A DNA stretch of 64,000 bases from contig JABCTC010000001.1 in NCBI GenBank assembly GCA_018238545.1, positions 64,001 to 128,000 of the forward strand, written 5' to 3'. How positions within the stretch are numbered: position 1 is the first letter of the stretch; each line of letters starts with the position of its first letter. The stretch comes from Candidatus Heimdallarchaeota archaeon (GTDB lineage Archaea; Asgardarchaeota; Heimdallarchaeia; Heimdallarchaeales; Heimdallarchaeaceae). Made by a program: the position numbers and the translations under genes. Below are positions 10,501 through 19,825 of the stretch, in pieces. The notes beneath the pieces were generated by a model. The model saw nothing but the letters and a program-made list of their open reading frames with translations. It was not told the origin of the DNA and made no database searches.

Positions 10501-11271
10501 ATGGAAGAAGAATTCAGTGATGAGCTACCAAAAGAAGAGCTTAGTGATGATGTAAAGGAAGAGCTTGAAGAGGAGCTTGAGGAACTTATTGAAGAAGTAG
10601 AAGAAGAAATCGACGAAGAACTCAAAGAAGAAGAAGAAGAAGAACCAGTAGATGAGCTTGTCGAGGAACTAAAAGAAATAGCCGAAGATGAAGATGACAT
10701 AGAAGAGATTGAGGAAGAAACTGTTGAAGAAGTGATTGAAGAATCTGTAGAAGATGTAGTAGAAGACATTATAGAAGAAATCGACGAAGAACCTGTAGAT
10801 GAAGAGATCATTGAAGAAATCGTTGAAGATATTGTCGAAGTGGAAGACAAACCTGAAGAAGAAACAGAGAAAGTAGAACCTATACTAGAAGCAATACCTG
10901 AAGAAGACGTTAAAATAGGTGGTAAGCTTCAAATTACACTCTTAGATGTTCCAGGAGAAGTTATTCCTTTTGGATATGATCTATCTAAAAACAAGTTAGT
11001 GATTAATGAAAACGAAGCCATGAAGGTTAAAATACTATATTCCTGGTTTTATGGTCAAAAGAAGAGTTTAGATGAGATATCAGCTGCTACAAGATTAACA
11101 ATTGATCAAATTGAAGAAATACTTGGAAATCCAATATACTTTGGAAAGATTTTCTTTGAAGATTCCCTTCAACTAGGTGATTATCAGCAAATACTTACTG
11201 AAAAATATTGTAGAATAAACAAAATCGATGCAACAAAGATAGAGGAAGAATATCTTTCTGCAAAAGCATAA
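10501..11271 (+). CDS. hyper-acidic N-terminal region fused to a large serine recombinase DNA-binding (Recombinase) domain; no catalytic domain
   Basis: about 135 aa of E/D-rich low complexity, then PFGY..LVINENEA..VK...SLDEIS...ILGNPIYFG...GDYQQIL. Confidence 0.65.
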   Translation: MEEEFSDELPKEELSDDVKEELEEELEELIEEVEEEIDEELKEEEEEEPVDELVEELKEIAEDEDDIEEIEEETVEEVIEESVEDVVEDIIEEIDEEPVDEEIIEEIVEDIVEVEDKPEEETEKVEPILEAIPEEDVKIGGKLQITLLDVPGEVIPFGYDLSKNKLVINENEAMKVKILYSWFYGQKKSLDEISAATRLTIDQIEEILGNPIYFGKIFFEDSLQLGDYQQILTEKYCRINKIDATKIEEEYLSAKA

Positions 11272-11278
11272 GAACGTC

Positions 11279-11313
11279 AATTGAGTAAACTCAATTTTCT
11301 TTTCGCTTTTTTT
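11279..11313 (+). terminator. hairpin + oligo-T terminator candidate
   Basis: AATTGAGT-AA-ACTCAATT followed by T tracts right after the 11271 stop. Confidence 0.45.
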
Positions 11314-11319
11314 ACTATT

Positions 11320-11411
11320 TTAAGCCAATAATCTATTGTTTCATATCTCCTAATTATTTCTTTTTTCTCCTCAATATCCGCTTTTTTATGTTCCAAATCC
11401 CAAATGGAAAC
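11320..11411 (-). repeat. diverged direct repeat of the 3' end of gene 12095..12460 (other copy 12095-12187)
   Basis: encodes VSIWDLEHKKADIEEKKEIIRRYETID versus VSVWDLEHKKADIEEKKEIIRRYETID. Confidence 0.9.
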
Positions 11412-11487
11412 ATGATTTCTCTTCTTTTATAGCTGTTTTGTGTTAAAAAGGAAAAGGATTATTAAGCTAAAAACCACTGTTTCATTA

Positions 11488-11676
11488 ATGACAGTAGAGT
11501 CGGAATTAGAAGAAATAAAGAAACAAATGCATGAAATTTCTAAGAAATTAGATGATTTGCTTTCAGATAGAGATGTAATTGCTATGTTAAAACTATCAGA
11601 GCTTTCTCTAAAGGAATTTCTTGACAATGAACCGAATCTATATTCACTTGAAGATCTAAAGGTTAGATATCAATGA
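11488..11676 (+). CDS. putative antitoxin of the MazF/PemK toxin
   Basis: 62-aa ORF overlapping the toxin start (ATGA); C-terminal LSELSLKEFLDNEPNLY. Confidence 0.7.
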   Translation: MTVESELEEIKKQMHEISKKLDDLLSDRDVIAMLKLSELSLKEFLDNEPNLYSLEDLKVRYQ

Positions 11677-12002
11677 AAGGTAAATTTGTTCTCTTACCCT
11701 TTCCGTTCACAGATCTAACAAAAGCTAAGTTACGTCCAGCTCTTATTATTTTTGAAAGCACAAAAGATGTTATTGTCAGTTTTATCTCTTCAAAAATACC
11801 TGATACAATATTGGATACAGAAATCTTGCTTACTGTTAATAATAAAGATTTTCAACTTTCAGGATTGAAGGTAGATTCAGTAATTAAGCTTGATAAAATT
11901 GCAACTATATTGAAGGATTTGATTATTGGAGAGATTGGTGAAGTTGGGAATGATTTAAGAAAAGAAGTTAATGCTAAACTATCCAAGATTCTCCGAATTT
12001 AG
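11673..12002 (+). CDS. mazF: type II TA toxin, PemK/MazF family endoribonuclease
   Basis: FPFTDLTKAKLRPALII, ISS, SGLKVDSVIKLDKI. Confidence 0.85.
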   Translation: MKGKFVLLPFPFTDLTKAKLRPALIIFESTKDVIVSFISSKIPDTILDTEILLTVNNKDFQLSGLKVDSVIKLDKIATILKDLIIGEIGEVGNDLRKEVNAKLSKILRI

Positions 12003-12094
12003 TAGCAATGCTGAATATTGACATAGCAGGTAAGAGAAAAATAATCCGTGCTAACTGTATCTCTTAATATAGCAATAAACAAGACATTGTGTTT

Positions 12095-12460
12095 TTAAGC
12101 TAAAAAATCTATTGTTTCATATCTCCTAATTATCTCTTTTTTCTCTTCAATATCTGCTTTCTTGTGCTCTAAATCCCAAACAGAAACCTCTTTTATTTCT
12201 TGCCAATCCAGAAAAGAGATTTTAGCGATAGAGAATTTTTCATTTTTGTCCATGATTATCTTCGCTTCTTCTACCAATTTTTCAACAGTAAGTCTTATCT
12301 GAAGATACTGAGAAAACTGATGATAACTGTGCCAGAATTCTTTGAATAAATCGTTCATAGAGACCTCTCCTTTATCCTTCAACAATTCCTCAATTTTCTC
12401 TTCCAGAACCCTTTTTGTTAACTCCCTTAGTTCTTCCGTATCACCCCAGAGATGTGGCAT
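12095..12460 (-). CDS. hypothetical protein, possible winged helix
   Basis: clean ORF; synonymous-biased divergence of its duplicated 3' end supports coding status. Confidence 0.7.
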   Translation of the reverse strand: MPHLWGDTEELRELTKRVLEEKIEELLKDKGEVSMNDLFKEFWHSYHQFSQYLQIRLTVEKLVEEAKIIMDKNEKFSIAKISFLDWQEIKEVSVWDLEHKKADIEEKKEIIRRYETIDFLA

Positions 12461-12552
12461 ATTACTTTCAGAACTCTCTCTTGGTCGAAACTATTAAAGA
12501 GCAAAAGAAAGAAGGAGACAGTAATAAAGTATAGAAAGGGAAAAAAGGATTT

Positions 12553-13431
12553 TTAAAAAGTTGCGCCACAATTTTGGCAAAATTTTGCAGCTATTGGTTG
12601 TTTTGCTCCGCAACTTGCACAGAATTTTGTATCGGCTTGAAGATTTGATTCAGTCTGTTGAGTTCCGTATGATGTCTCCTGAGGTGCACTTGTTCCTAGA
12701 CCTATTTGAGTTGTTAATGGTAAAACATACATGATTTCTTTACTTAGTGTTTTTAATCCGAATAGAAGAAATATGAAACCTAGTATAGAACCAAAGAATC
12801 CAAATATGGTAAAGAAGTTAATAATTGATGCAATTAGATTGATGGAAACTGCAATTAGAAGAGTAATTGTTGGTGGTTGAGGATATCTCTTTGATTTTTG
12901 ATATTCAGAAAACAGTTTGTAGATAAAGAAAGCACCTGTTGCTAACGATAAATTACCAACTAACATAAGTGCTGCCCCCCCATATCTGGGGACAAAAGCA
13001 CCAAAAATTGAACTAATTATATACCCGTAAATTGCATAACTAACATATCGGGCATTTATGGAACCTGAATCAATTGTTGAAAGTTTATGAAAACCAGAAC
13101 CAAGTTTAAATGTGTTTATAATTACTTGAATTGCTAATGCTAGCACTATAAGTACAGGTATGAACATTATGATAACAAACACTAAAGCAATTGCTAGAAT
13201 TTCAGGTGCAAACATTGCTCCTATTAGAGCATATATCGATAGTGTTGCTAGACTAAACCCTATTGTTGGCACTAAGAAACCTATAATTAAGACAGAAAAC
13301 ATGATTCCAAGTGCAAAGCCAATAATGACTAACCAACTTAAGTAATTAGATATTCGCTTTGAACTATCAGCGATCTTCATTTTAACAGAGTCAAATGGTG
13401 TGGTTGGATATGCTTGAGCCATTTTAATCAC
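12553..13431 (-). CDS. membrane protein with C-terminal zinc ribbon
   Basis: multiple TMs; FCASCG...KFCQNCG. Confidence 0.75.
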   Translation of the reverse strand: MIKMAQAYPTTPFDSVKMKIADSSKRISNYLSWLVIIGFALGIMFSVLIIGFLVPTIGFSLATLSIYALIGAMFAPEILAIALVFVIIMFIPVLIVLALAIQVIINTFKLGSGFHKLSTIDSGSINARYVSYAIYGYIISSIFGAFVPRYGGAALMLVGNLSLATGAFFIYKLFSEYQKSKRYPQPPTITLLIAVSINLIASIINFFTIFGFFGSILGFIFLLFGLKTLSKEIMYVLPLTTQIGLGTSAPQETSYGTQQTESNLQADTKFCASCGAKQPIAAKFCQNCGATF

Positions 13432-13575
13432 GATAGATAAACGATTCTTACAATTATAAATATCTATTCCTTTTCTCTTGTTTCCGTAAATCGAAGACTT
13501 AATACTACGATAAGTAACATTAACTATAAATATCCAAAAGACACTTTTGATACAAAAACAATCGAGGTCCTTATA

Positions 13576-16428
13576 GTGATAAAAAAGAGAAGTTTAGTTT
13601 CAATTTTTATATTAATTATTTTCTTGAGCAGTCTTGGGATTTCAGTTAGTTCGGCAGAGACAAGTTCAACAACTTCTGAAAACATAACTGATAGTATATC
13701 CTCAATCTCATCCTTTCCTTCAGAGGAAAGCATGGTAGATTATAGGATAGTTCAGATTGATGAAAACCAAAATCTAGATGGAAATATCTTCCAAGACAGC
13801 TTTGAATCAAAATTATTGGAAAGTGACAAAACAGTAATTTTCGATGCTATACTATCTTTTGATAGACCGGTAGGAGCTGATGAACAGATCTTTTTCTCAA
13901 AGAACGATATTGAAATTGTTTCAGAATATGATGTGATTTATGGTATGCATGTAAGAGGAACAGCTGAATCTATTCTTCTGCTAAATGATTTGAAAAACGC
14001 TCTTTACATTGAAGAAAATGCTGTAGGAGAAGCTTTACTCTACAATGTTACCGAACAGTTTGGCGTGAGAGATATTTGGCAAGCTTCCTTAGGGATGGGT
14101 TATACAGGTAACTCTGATAAAGCAATAGCAATTCTAGATACTGGTATAGATGACACTCATTTAGATTCAGCTTTTACTCTTGCTTATTGGCAAGATTTCG
14201 TTGGAGCAAACGCTTCACTATCTAGTCCCGTTTATTATCCTACTGCTACAGACCTAGCTGAGCATGGTACACATTGTGCAAGCATTGCTGCATCTTCAGG
14301 AGCTCAAACAACAACTGGAGCTTGGAAAGTAACCGATTCAGGATTCTTTCCAATAACAGATGGTTGGCACTATTATGGAACTGGATTTTACATTCCAACA
14401 GCTCAAACAGTAACAATAAATTTCTCCTGGTCAAACTCCGGTGGTACAGTATATGTTGGTTTTGAAGATGAATTAGGAGTAGATGTAGCTAATAATTACT
14501 TTAGTCCTGCAAGTGGAGGAGTAGGAACATTTTCTTATTCGATTTCATCTGCTGGTTGGTACTGGCCTTATTATGGAAGTGTTTCAGGAGAAGCAGGTAA
14601 TTTCTATTCTGCTGAAGTGGCATATAATTCAGGTTGGACAAATCCTTATACCGATGGAAGAGGACCTTTCACAGGTGTAGCTCCTGATAGCCAGATTGTA
14701 GGATTAAAGGTTTTAGATGATTTTGGAATAACCTATACTTCTCAATTCTTATTAGGTTTGGATTGGTTGTATAACAATGGTCAAGATTATGATGTGACTG
14801 TGGCGAGTATGAGTTTGGGTTTTGGACAAATTGTATCTTCTGTGGATACGGCTATCACAAATATTGTGAGAAACAAAGGTATCGTTTGTGTAGCAGCTGC
14901 TGGTAATGGTGGAACCTCAGCTGGAGGTATATTCTCTCCAGCTTCATGTGTTGATGTAATTTCTGTTGGTGCGGTAAATAAAGCTAATGAAATTGCTTAT
15001 TACAGTAGTGTTGGTACTGCACTTTACCCACATATTGATGTTGTAGCTCCAGGAGGGTCATGGGCTTACAGTGGCAGTGCAGCTCCATATCAACCTATTA
15101 TAGCTGGAGATTCTAATGATGGAGATGAAGCATATAGTTATGTAACCTCTTCATATCAAACACCTGGAATAGATTATTACAGTAACAACTTTCGAGGAAT
15201 GCAAGGAACAAGTATGGCCTGCCCATTTGTTGCTGGAGTAGCTCAACTAGTTATTGATGCTATGATTGATGCTGGAGAATGGGAATACTCTTGGGCTGTT
15301 GCAAAGAAAGTTAAACAGATAATCTGTATGGGCACATCAGAATTAAGAAATCTAGAAGCAACTTTAGCTAATGGAGGAGAAACTTATGATGGAGATAGCG
15401 ATGGCACTCCGCAAGTTACTCCAATTAATCGAGTAACAAAAGATTACACTGAAGGATGGGGATCAATCTATCCTATTGCAGCTATTGAAGCTGTTACAAG
15501 TTGGATGACTGTAGGAACACCAGAAACTGTTTCTCTTTCAGGTAAATTAGGTGAAACACGTGTTATCATCAGACAAGTAGATCTCGAGAGTGGTACCCTT
15601 TATCGAATGGAAGGAAACTTTACAGTGACTAATTTTATTGATGCTGATCTATTGCTTTTCCGAGAAAATCCTAGTGAAACTGGTGATCCTATGCTTTATG
15701 CTGCTTGTACTTTAGGAATTGTAGCAAATGAATCAATAATTTTCAATGTTCCAGAAGATGGTACATATTATTTTGTTGTTAAGTGGGTCGATGGTAGTTA
15801 TCAAGGAGACTGTAAATTTTCTATTGATCGTATAATTAATCTCCAATCTCATAATTATGGAGACATTCTGCAATCAGGCACAAAAATCACTTTCAATATT
15901 GATACAACAAGTCTAACATCATTGATCTACAAGTGGGACACTAATGCTCCAATAGCATTCAGCTCCCCCTATGAAGTTTACCTTCCAGTAGGTGATGGAG
16001 AACATGCTGTAACAATATACATGCAGGATACTTGGGGAAACAACGCAGAAATCTTCTATGCGTTCGTCACAGATGACACGAAACCTATCATACTCTTAGA
16101 TGGCGTTTCAAACAACGATGAAATAACTGCAACACAAAATATCTCTGTGAATATCGTTGAAGCTCATCTCCAAGGAGTGGTTTATCACTGGGATACAAGT
16201 ACTGATCAAGCTTGGGCAGAACCTTATACAACTACGGCGCCTAAGAGTGTAGGAATCCATACTTTGTCTGTAACAGCAACGGATGTAGCAGGAAACCAAG
16301 AAACAACAATTTTCACTTTTGAAGTTATCGGATCAACAACAGATCCTACAGGCAATTTCATGATACCTGTGTTTGCTGCCATATTCTCACTGATGCTGGT
16401 TGCAGTAATTCGAAGAAAGAAAAAATAA
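13576..16428 (+). CDS. secreted S8 (subtilisin-like) serine peptidase with Ig-like domains and C-terminal anchor
   Basis: ILDTGID, HGTHCA, AAAGN, GTSMACP catalytic motifs; signal peptide; TM + RRKKK. Confidence 0.92.
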   Translation: MIKKRSLVSIFILIIFLSSLGISVSSAETSSTTSENITDSISSISSFPSEESMVDYRIVQIDENQNLDGNIFQDSFESKLLESDKTVIFDAILSFDRPVGADEQIFFSKNDIEIVSEYDVIYGMHVRGTAESILLLNDLKNALYIEENAVGEALLYNVTEQFGVRDIWQASLGMGYTGNSDKAIAILDTGIDDTHLDSAFTLAYWQDFVGANASLSSPVYYPTATDLAEHGTHCASIAASSGAQTTTGAWKVTDSGFFPITDGWHYYGTGFYIPTAQTVTINFSWSNSGGTVYVGFEDELGVDVANNYFSPASGGVGTFSYSISSAGWYWPYYGSVSGEAGNFYSAEVAYNSGWTNPYTDGRGPFTGVAPDSQIVGLKVLDDFGITYTSQFLLGLDWLYNNGQDYDVTVASMSLGFGQIVSSVDTAITNIVRNKGIVCVAAAGNGGTSAGGIFSPASCVDVISVGAVNKANEIAYYSSVGTALYPHIDVVAPGGSWAYSGSAAPYQPIIAGDSNDGDEAYSYVTSSYQTPGIDYYSNNFRGMQGTSMACPFVAGVAQLVIDAMIDAGEWEYSWAVAKKVKQIICMGTSELRNLEATLANGGETYDGDSDGTPQVTPINRVTKDYTEGWGSIYPIAAIEAVTSWMTVGTPETVSLSGKLGETRVIIRQVDLESGTLYRMEGNFTVTNFIDADLLLFRENPSETGDPMLYAACTLGIVANESIIFNVPEDGTYYFVVKWVDGSYQGDCKFSIDRIINLQSHNYGDILQSGTKITFNIDTTSLTSLIYKWDTNAPIAFSSPYEVYLPVGDGEHAVTIYMQDTWGNNAEIFYAFVTDDTKPIILLDGVSNNDEITATQNISVNIVEAHLQGVVYHWDTSTDQAWAEPYTTTAPKSVGIHTLSVTATDVAGNQETTIFTFEVIGSTTDPTGNFMIPVFAAIFSLMLVAVIRRKKK

Positions 16429-16689
16429 CTTTCTCTTTTTCACTTTTTTTTCTCTTTTTCTTAAACTAAAACGATTATCTTACAGAAGATTAGATTTAAA
16501 ATATCTATTGCAAATAGTACTACGTTGAGGAAAATGATTTAGTTACCCCTGGCGGAAAAATTGAAGAGAATTGCATAATATGATTTCTCAACTTCTTATG
16601 ATAAAGATATAATTATATTTCCTTTAGTTTTGATTTTCTAGTCTCCTTCCATCAAAATGATTATTAATATCAAAAAAAAACTCTAAATA

Positions 16690-17046
16690 ATGTTACCGAA
16701 AAAATTACATGTCTTCTGGTATAGAAAACTGTTTTTAGACATAAGAAGTGAAACGAGTCTAAAGCGAATACTATGGATAGGGAGCTTCTTAATGATCTTG
16801 AATGTAGTTCTAGTAATAGGCTTGGTAATGTTAGCTCTGATTTTATACCAGCTTAACTCAGTTGATGGGTTAAGTACAAACGAATTCATCTATACTGCAG
16901 TATCTTTTGTGAGTGGGTTGTTATTGCTTGCACCTCTTTTTCTAATATTTGTTCCTGGGATGCGCGCTCTTTTCTATGAAAGGGTTAGAAGAGATAAAAT
17001 AGCTGGGGAAGAAGCTGCTAAAAAAGAAACTAAAAATAGAAAATAA
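16690..17046 (+). CDS. small 2-TM membrane protein
   Basis: two hydrophobic helices. Confidence 0.55.
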   Translation: MLPKKLHVFWYRKLFLDIRSETSLKRILWIGSFLMILNVVLVIGLVMLALILYQLNSVDGLSTNEFIYTAVSFVSGLLLLAPLFLIFVPGMRALFYERVRRDKIAGEEAAKKETKNRK

Positions 17047-17180
17047 ATACCATAATGACAAATAATAACATTTTCTTCAAGATTTATTTACTGAAAATAC
17101 ATTTTGTATTTAAGCCCCACAAGAAATTTTGTGACAAGTACGCAATTAAACTGCAATTAAAAAAAACATCTTCTTAAAAG

Positions 17181-18119
17181 GTGGTCTTCTTTGTTAGATT
17201 AAGACATGGTGAATCTACAATGGCAGTAGAAACAGTGGCAATTCGAAATACAGAGGAAAGCTTGGGCACGTACATCAGTGCTCAAGACTTATCCCTGATA
17301 TTATCTCCAGCTCTCCGAAAGCAGAGCATAGTTCGTTCTTATTTTACGAGTAATGAAGAAGATCGAACAAATAGGATAATGGATTTTATTAACAGCATAG
17401 CTAATGTGTTCTTTGAACACTATCCTAGCAAAATTATTACTGAGATAGTTATACAATTTCAAAGACTTCTTCCTGAATTTCTTGAAGATTACGGTGATAA
17501 TCGTTACTTCACCAAGAAGCATGCTGCTAATTATTATCTAGCTCTTCTAGATTTTAGGCTCAATATGGTTGGTGCTAAACTCAGCCCTAAACATGTTGAT
17601 CTTGTTAGGAACTTGCTCGATATTAAAAAAAGTAAGATACTTAGTTACTTCTCAGTAAAAAAGGTTCAAGCTGATCTTCTAACTTCAGGTTATTTACAAA
17701 GGAAAAAACGCGAAGTATTTAGCCCTATGTTGAAGAATCGTGTATCACAAATGATTAATGAGTTCATATTAGTATTTCCTAAATTAGAGATGGATCTAGA
17801 ATCTTTACAAAAAACGGCGTATGATTTAATCGACGAGAAACTGATCCCCAGAATTAATGTTGAGGAAGCAGCGTTAGTAATTGTAACTTCTCTCCTACCT
17901 TATCACCTTTCTGAGAGAGGGTTGATGGGTAGTTTTTGGATAATTATTCGAGATAAATATCATATTGAGCTAGAATATCTTAAAAGAAAGGTTTATCGTT
18001 ATCGTTCTCTGCTTAAGAAAAGTGCTTTTATTACTGAAATGGGTTTAGGTTTGGGTTTAAATAATTCTGTGGAAGAGAAAAAACATGGTTATTCCTCCTT
18101 GGTTAACGAGTTTGTATGA
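17181..18119 (+). CDS. hypothetical alpha-helical protein (start possibly 17220)
   Basis: long ORF, no recognised motif. Confidence 0.6.
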   Translation: MVFFVRLRHGESTMAVETVAIRNTEESLGTYISAQDLSLILSPALRKQSIVRSYFTSNEEDRTNRIMDFINSIANVFFEHYPSKIITEIVIQFQRLLPEFLEDYGDNRYFTKKHAANYYLALLDFRLNMVGAKLSPKHVDLVRNLLDIKKSKILSYFSVKKVQADLLTSGYLQRKKREVFSPMLKNRVSQMINEFILVFPKLEMDLESLQKTAYDLIDEKLIPRINVEEAALVIVTSLLPYHLSERGLMGSFWIIIRDKYHIELEYLKRKVYRYRSLLKKSAFITEMGLGLGLNNSVEEKKHGYSSLVNEFV

Positions 18120-18825
18120 GACATTTATAGGAATATTCACAGGGACAGTAAGAGTCACTTTCCTTGTAGTTCTCATTCTTTTTGTTACTAAATTCCTATG
18201 GGATATCCTTAGCGATTGGCTCTTCAAAGATGTCAAGAAATATTTTAACTACTTATTCTTCCCTGGAGCTTTCTTCCATCAACTAGCTCATTCACTAGTG
18301 ATCAAACTTTTTGGATACAAAGTCAAGGTAAATTTTCACATGAGTTACGGTTTACGCGATATCAGTTCTCAAAGTTTGTCAGGAGAGCTTAAAAATGTTG
18401 TACATGCCTTCTTTATCGGTATTGCTCCCCTCTTTAATTTCGTTATAGTTGCTCTTCTAATACAATTTCATCCCGAATTTATTGCTTTCTTCGAATATGC
18501 AAATTTCAGTCTTGGAAACTGGTTTATTATCTACCTTATTGTCTGCTTTGCATATTTTGGAATGCCAGATTTTTCCGACTTGATGCTTCCGTTTACAACT
18601 GCAACTGCTCGTCACGCTGAAATAATCTTCCTGTTGATGGTAGGTTTTTTCAGTTTTGTAATCGCAATTAGTTTGTGGGGATGGTTTATTCCTTTGATCA
18701 ACCTTATCATTTACTCAATAGTCTTGATTTACCTTGCAGAGAAAGAATTTTTCACAAGACGGAAAACTCCTATCCAAGATGGTTTTGAGCCTAAAGATGA
18801 TTCAGTTGATAAAAAACCCCAGTAA
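18085..18825 (+). CDS. membrane zinc-metalloprotease-like protein (M50/DUF3267-like) with HQxxH variant
   Basis: FFPGAFFHQLAH, IGIAPL, PDFSD; multiple TMs. Confidence 0.6.
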   Translation: MVIPPWLTSLYETFIGIFTGTVRVTFLVVLILFVTKFLWDILSDWLFKDVKKYFNYLFFPGAFFHQLAHSLVIKLFGYKVKVNFHMSYGLRDISSQSLSGELKNVVHAFFIGIAPLFNFVIVALLIQFHPEFIAFFEYANFSLGNWFIIYLIVCFAYFGMPDFSDLMLPFTTATARHAEIIFLLMVGFFSFVIAISLWGWFIPLINLIIYSIVLIYLAEKEFFTRRKTPIQDGFEPKDDSVDKKPQ

Positions 18826-18892
18826 ATGCAAAAAGATTTTAACCTTACAAATTACTATAAACTATAACTTCAAAACATTTAGGTGATTTACA

Positions 18893-19825
18893 ATAAAACT
18901 CCCATTAAAGTACGAAGCAACTGTAACTTCTTCTAATAGGATTACAATCCCTAGATGGATAACTTTTATTGAATCCGAAGATGTTATTGAAGGTTTTATC
19001 CAAGTTCCAAACATTGAAACATCTTATCCTTTTGAAAAGAAGGTTTCGGCTACACGTCACATTACTATAGGCTTCATCAAAACTTTCCTTCCTGATAAAA
19101 CAATACCAAACAGAGTGAATATAACAATCACGAAAGTGAATAAGATTGTTATGGCTGATTTCTGTTTTAATCTTGTCAGTTACAAACAAGATGCAAATAA
19201 ATACATAATGAATTTCTCCTCAATCAAACCTAACACTTCTATTCAATTCAAGCTAGATACTCTTGCAGAAGAATATGGAAACACTTTTTTTGAAAGACAA
19301 GTATCTGAAGGGAATCATTATCTTGAACCTATTTTTGAGGAAAAGGACGGAAAATGGATTATTTCTATCTACATTCCTGCTCAAGACGACATGGGAAGCA
19401 CGTTTCAATTTATATTTTTCTTCATTCTCTCCCAGGAGTGTTATCAGAAATATAATGCAACAATTGCTAAAATAAAGAAATTAGTTCATCGATTCTCAAT
19501 CTGGCTATATAGTTGTGAGGATCTTAACAAAGAAAATCTCTCAAAACTCTCTTCTCAATTTCGAGAGATCCTGGAAAAAGGGTCGGAACCTAATTATCTG
19601 GAAATGAAAGAAATTTTGAAAATGCCCACATCTGAAAGAGAAATCATTTTAGTTGTTCTCAAAGAGCATAGAAGCGGTGGGATAAGCCTAGAACACCTTG
19701 CACAACTTCTACAAGAGTCTCAGAAGATTGTTTCAGAAGTTGTTTCAAAATTAGTTAATAAGGGATTTCTTAGAATACTCAAAGAAGACGATGTAACTAT
19801 TATTGACTCTTTATGGATTATCTAA
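18893..19825 (+). CDS. putative regulator: AbrB-like N-terminus and C-terminal winged helix; frame extends upstream of the called GTG
   Basis: frame is open from 18887; GGTGA RBS precedes ATA at 18893; VTSSNRITIP motif; C-terminal ISLEHLAQLL...SKLVNKGFL. Confidence 0.55.
   Translation: MKLPLKYEATVTSSNRITIPRWITFIESEDVIEGFIQVPNIETSYPFEKKVSATRHITIGFIKTFLPDKTIPNRVNITITKVNKIVMADFCFNLVSYKQDANKYIMNFSSIKPNTSIQFKLDTLAEEYGNTFFERQVSEGNHYLEPIFEEKDGKWIISIYIPAQDDMGSTFQFIFFFILSQECYQKYNATIAKIKKLVHRFSIWLYSCEDLNKENLSKLSSQFREILEKGSEPNYLEMKEILKMPTSEREIILVVLKEHRSGGISLEHLAQLLQESQKIVSEVVSKLVNKGFLRILKEDDVTIIDSLWII

Noticed and set aside
10485-10850. Ser-rich minus-strand ORF
   Set aside because: Antisense shadow of GAA-rich acidic codons.
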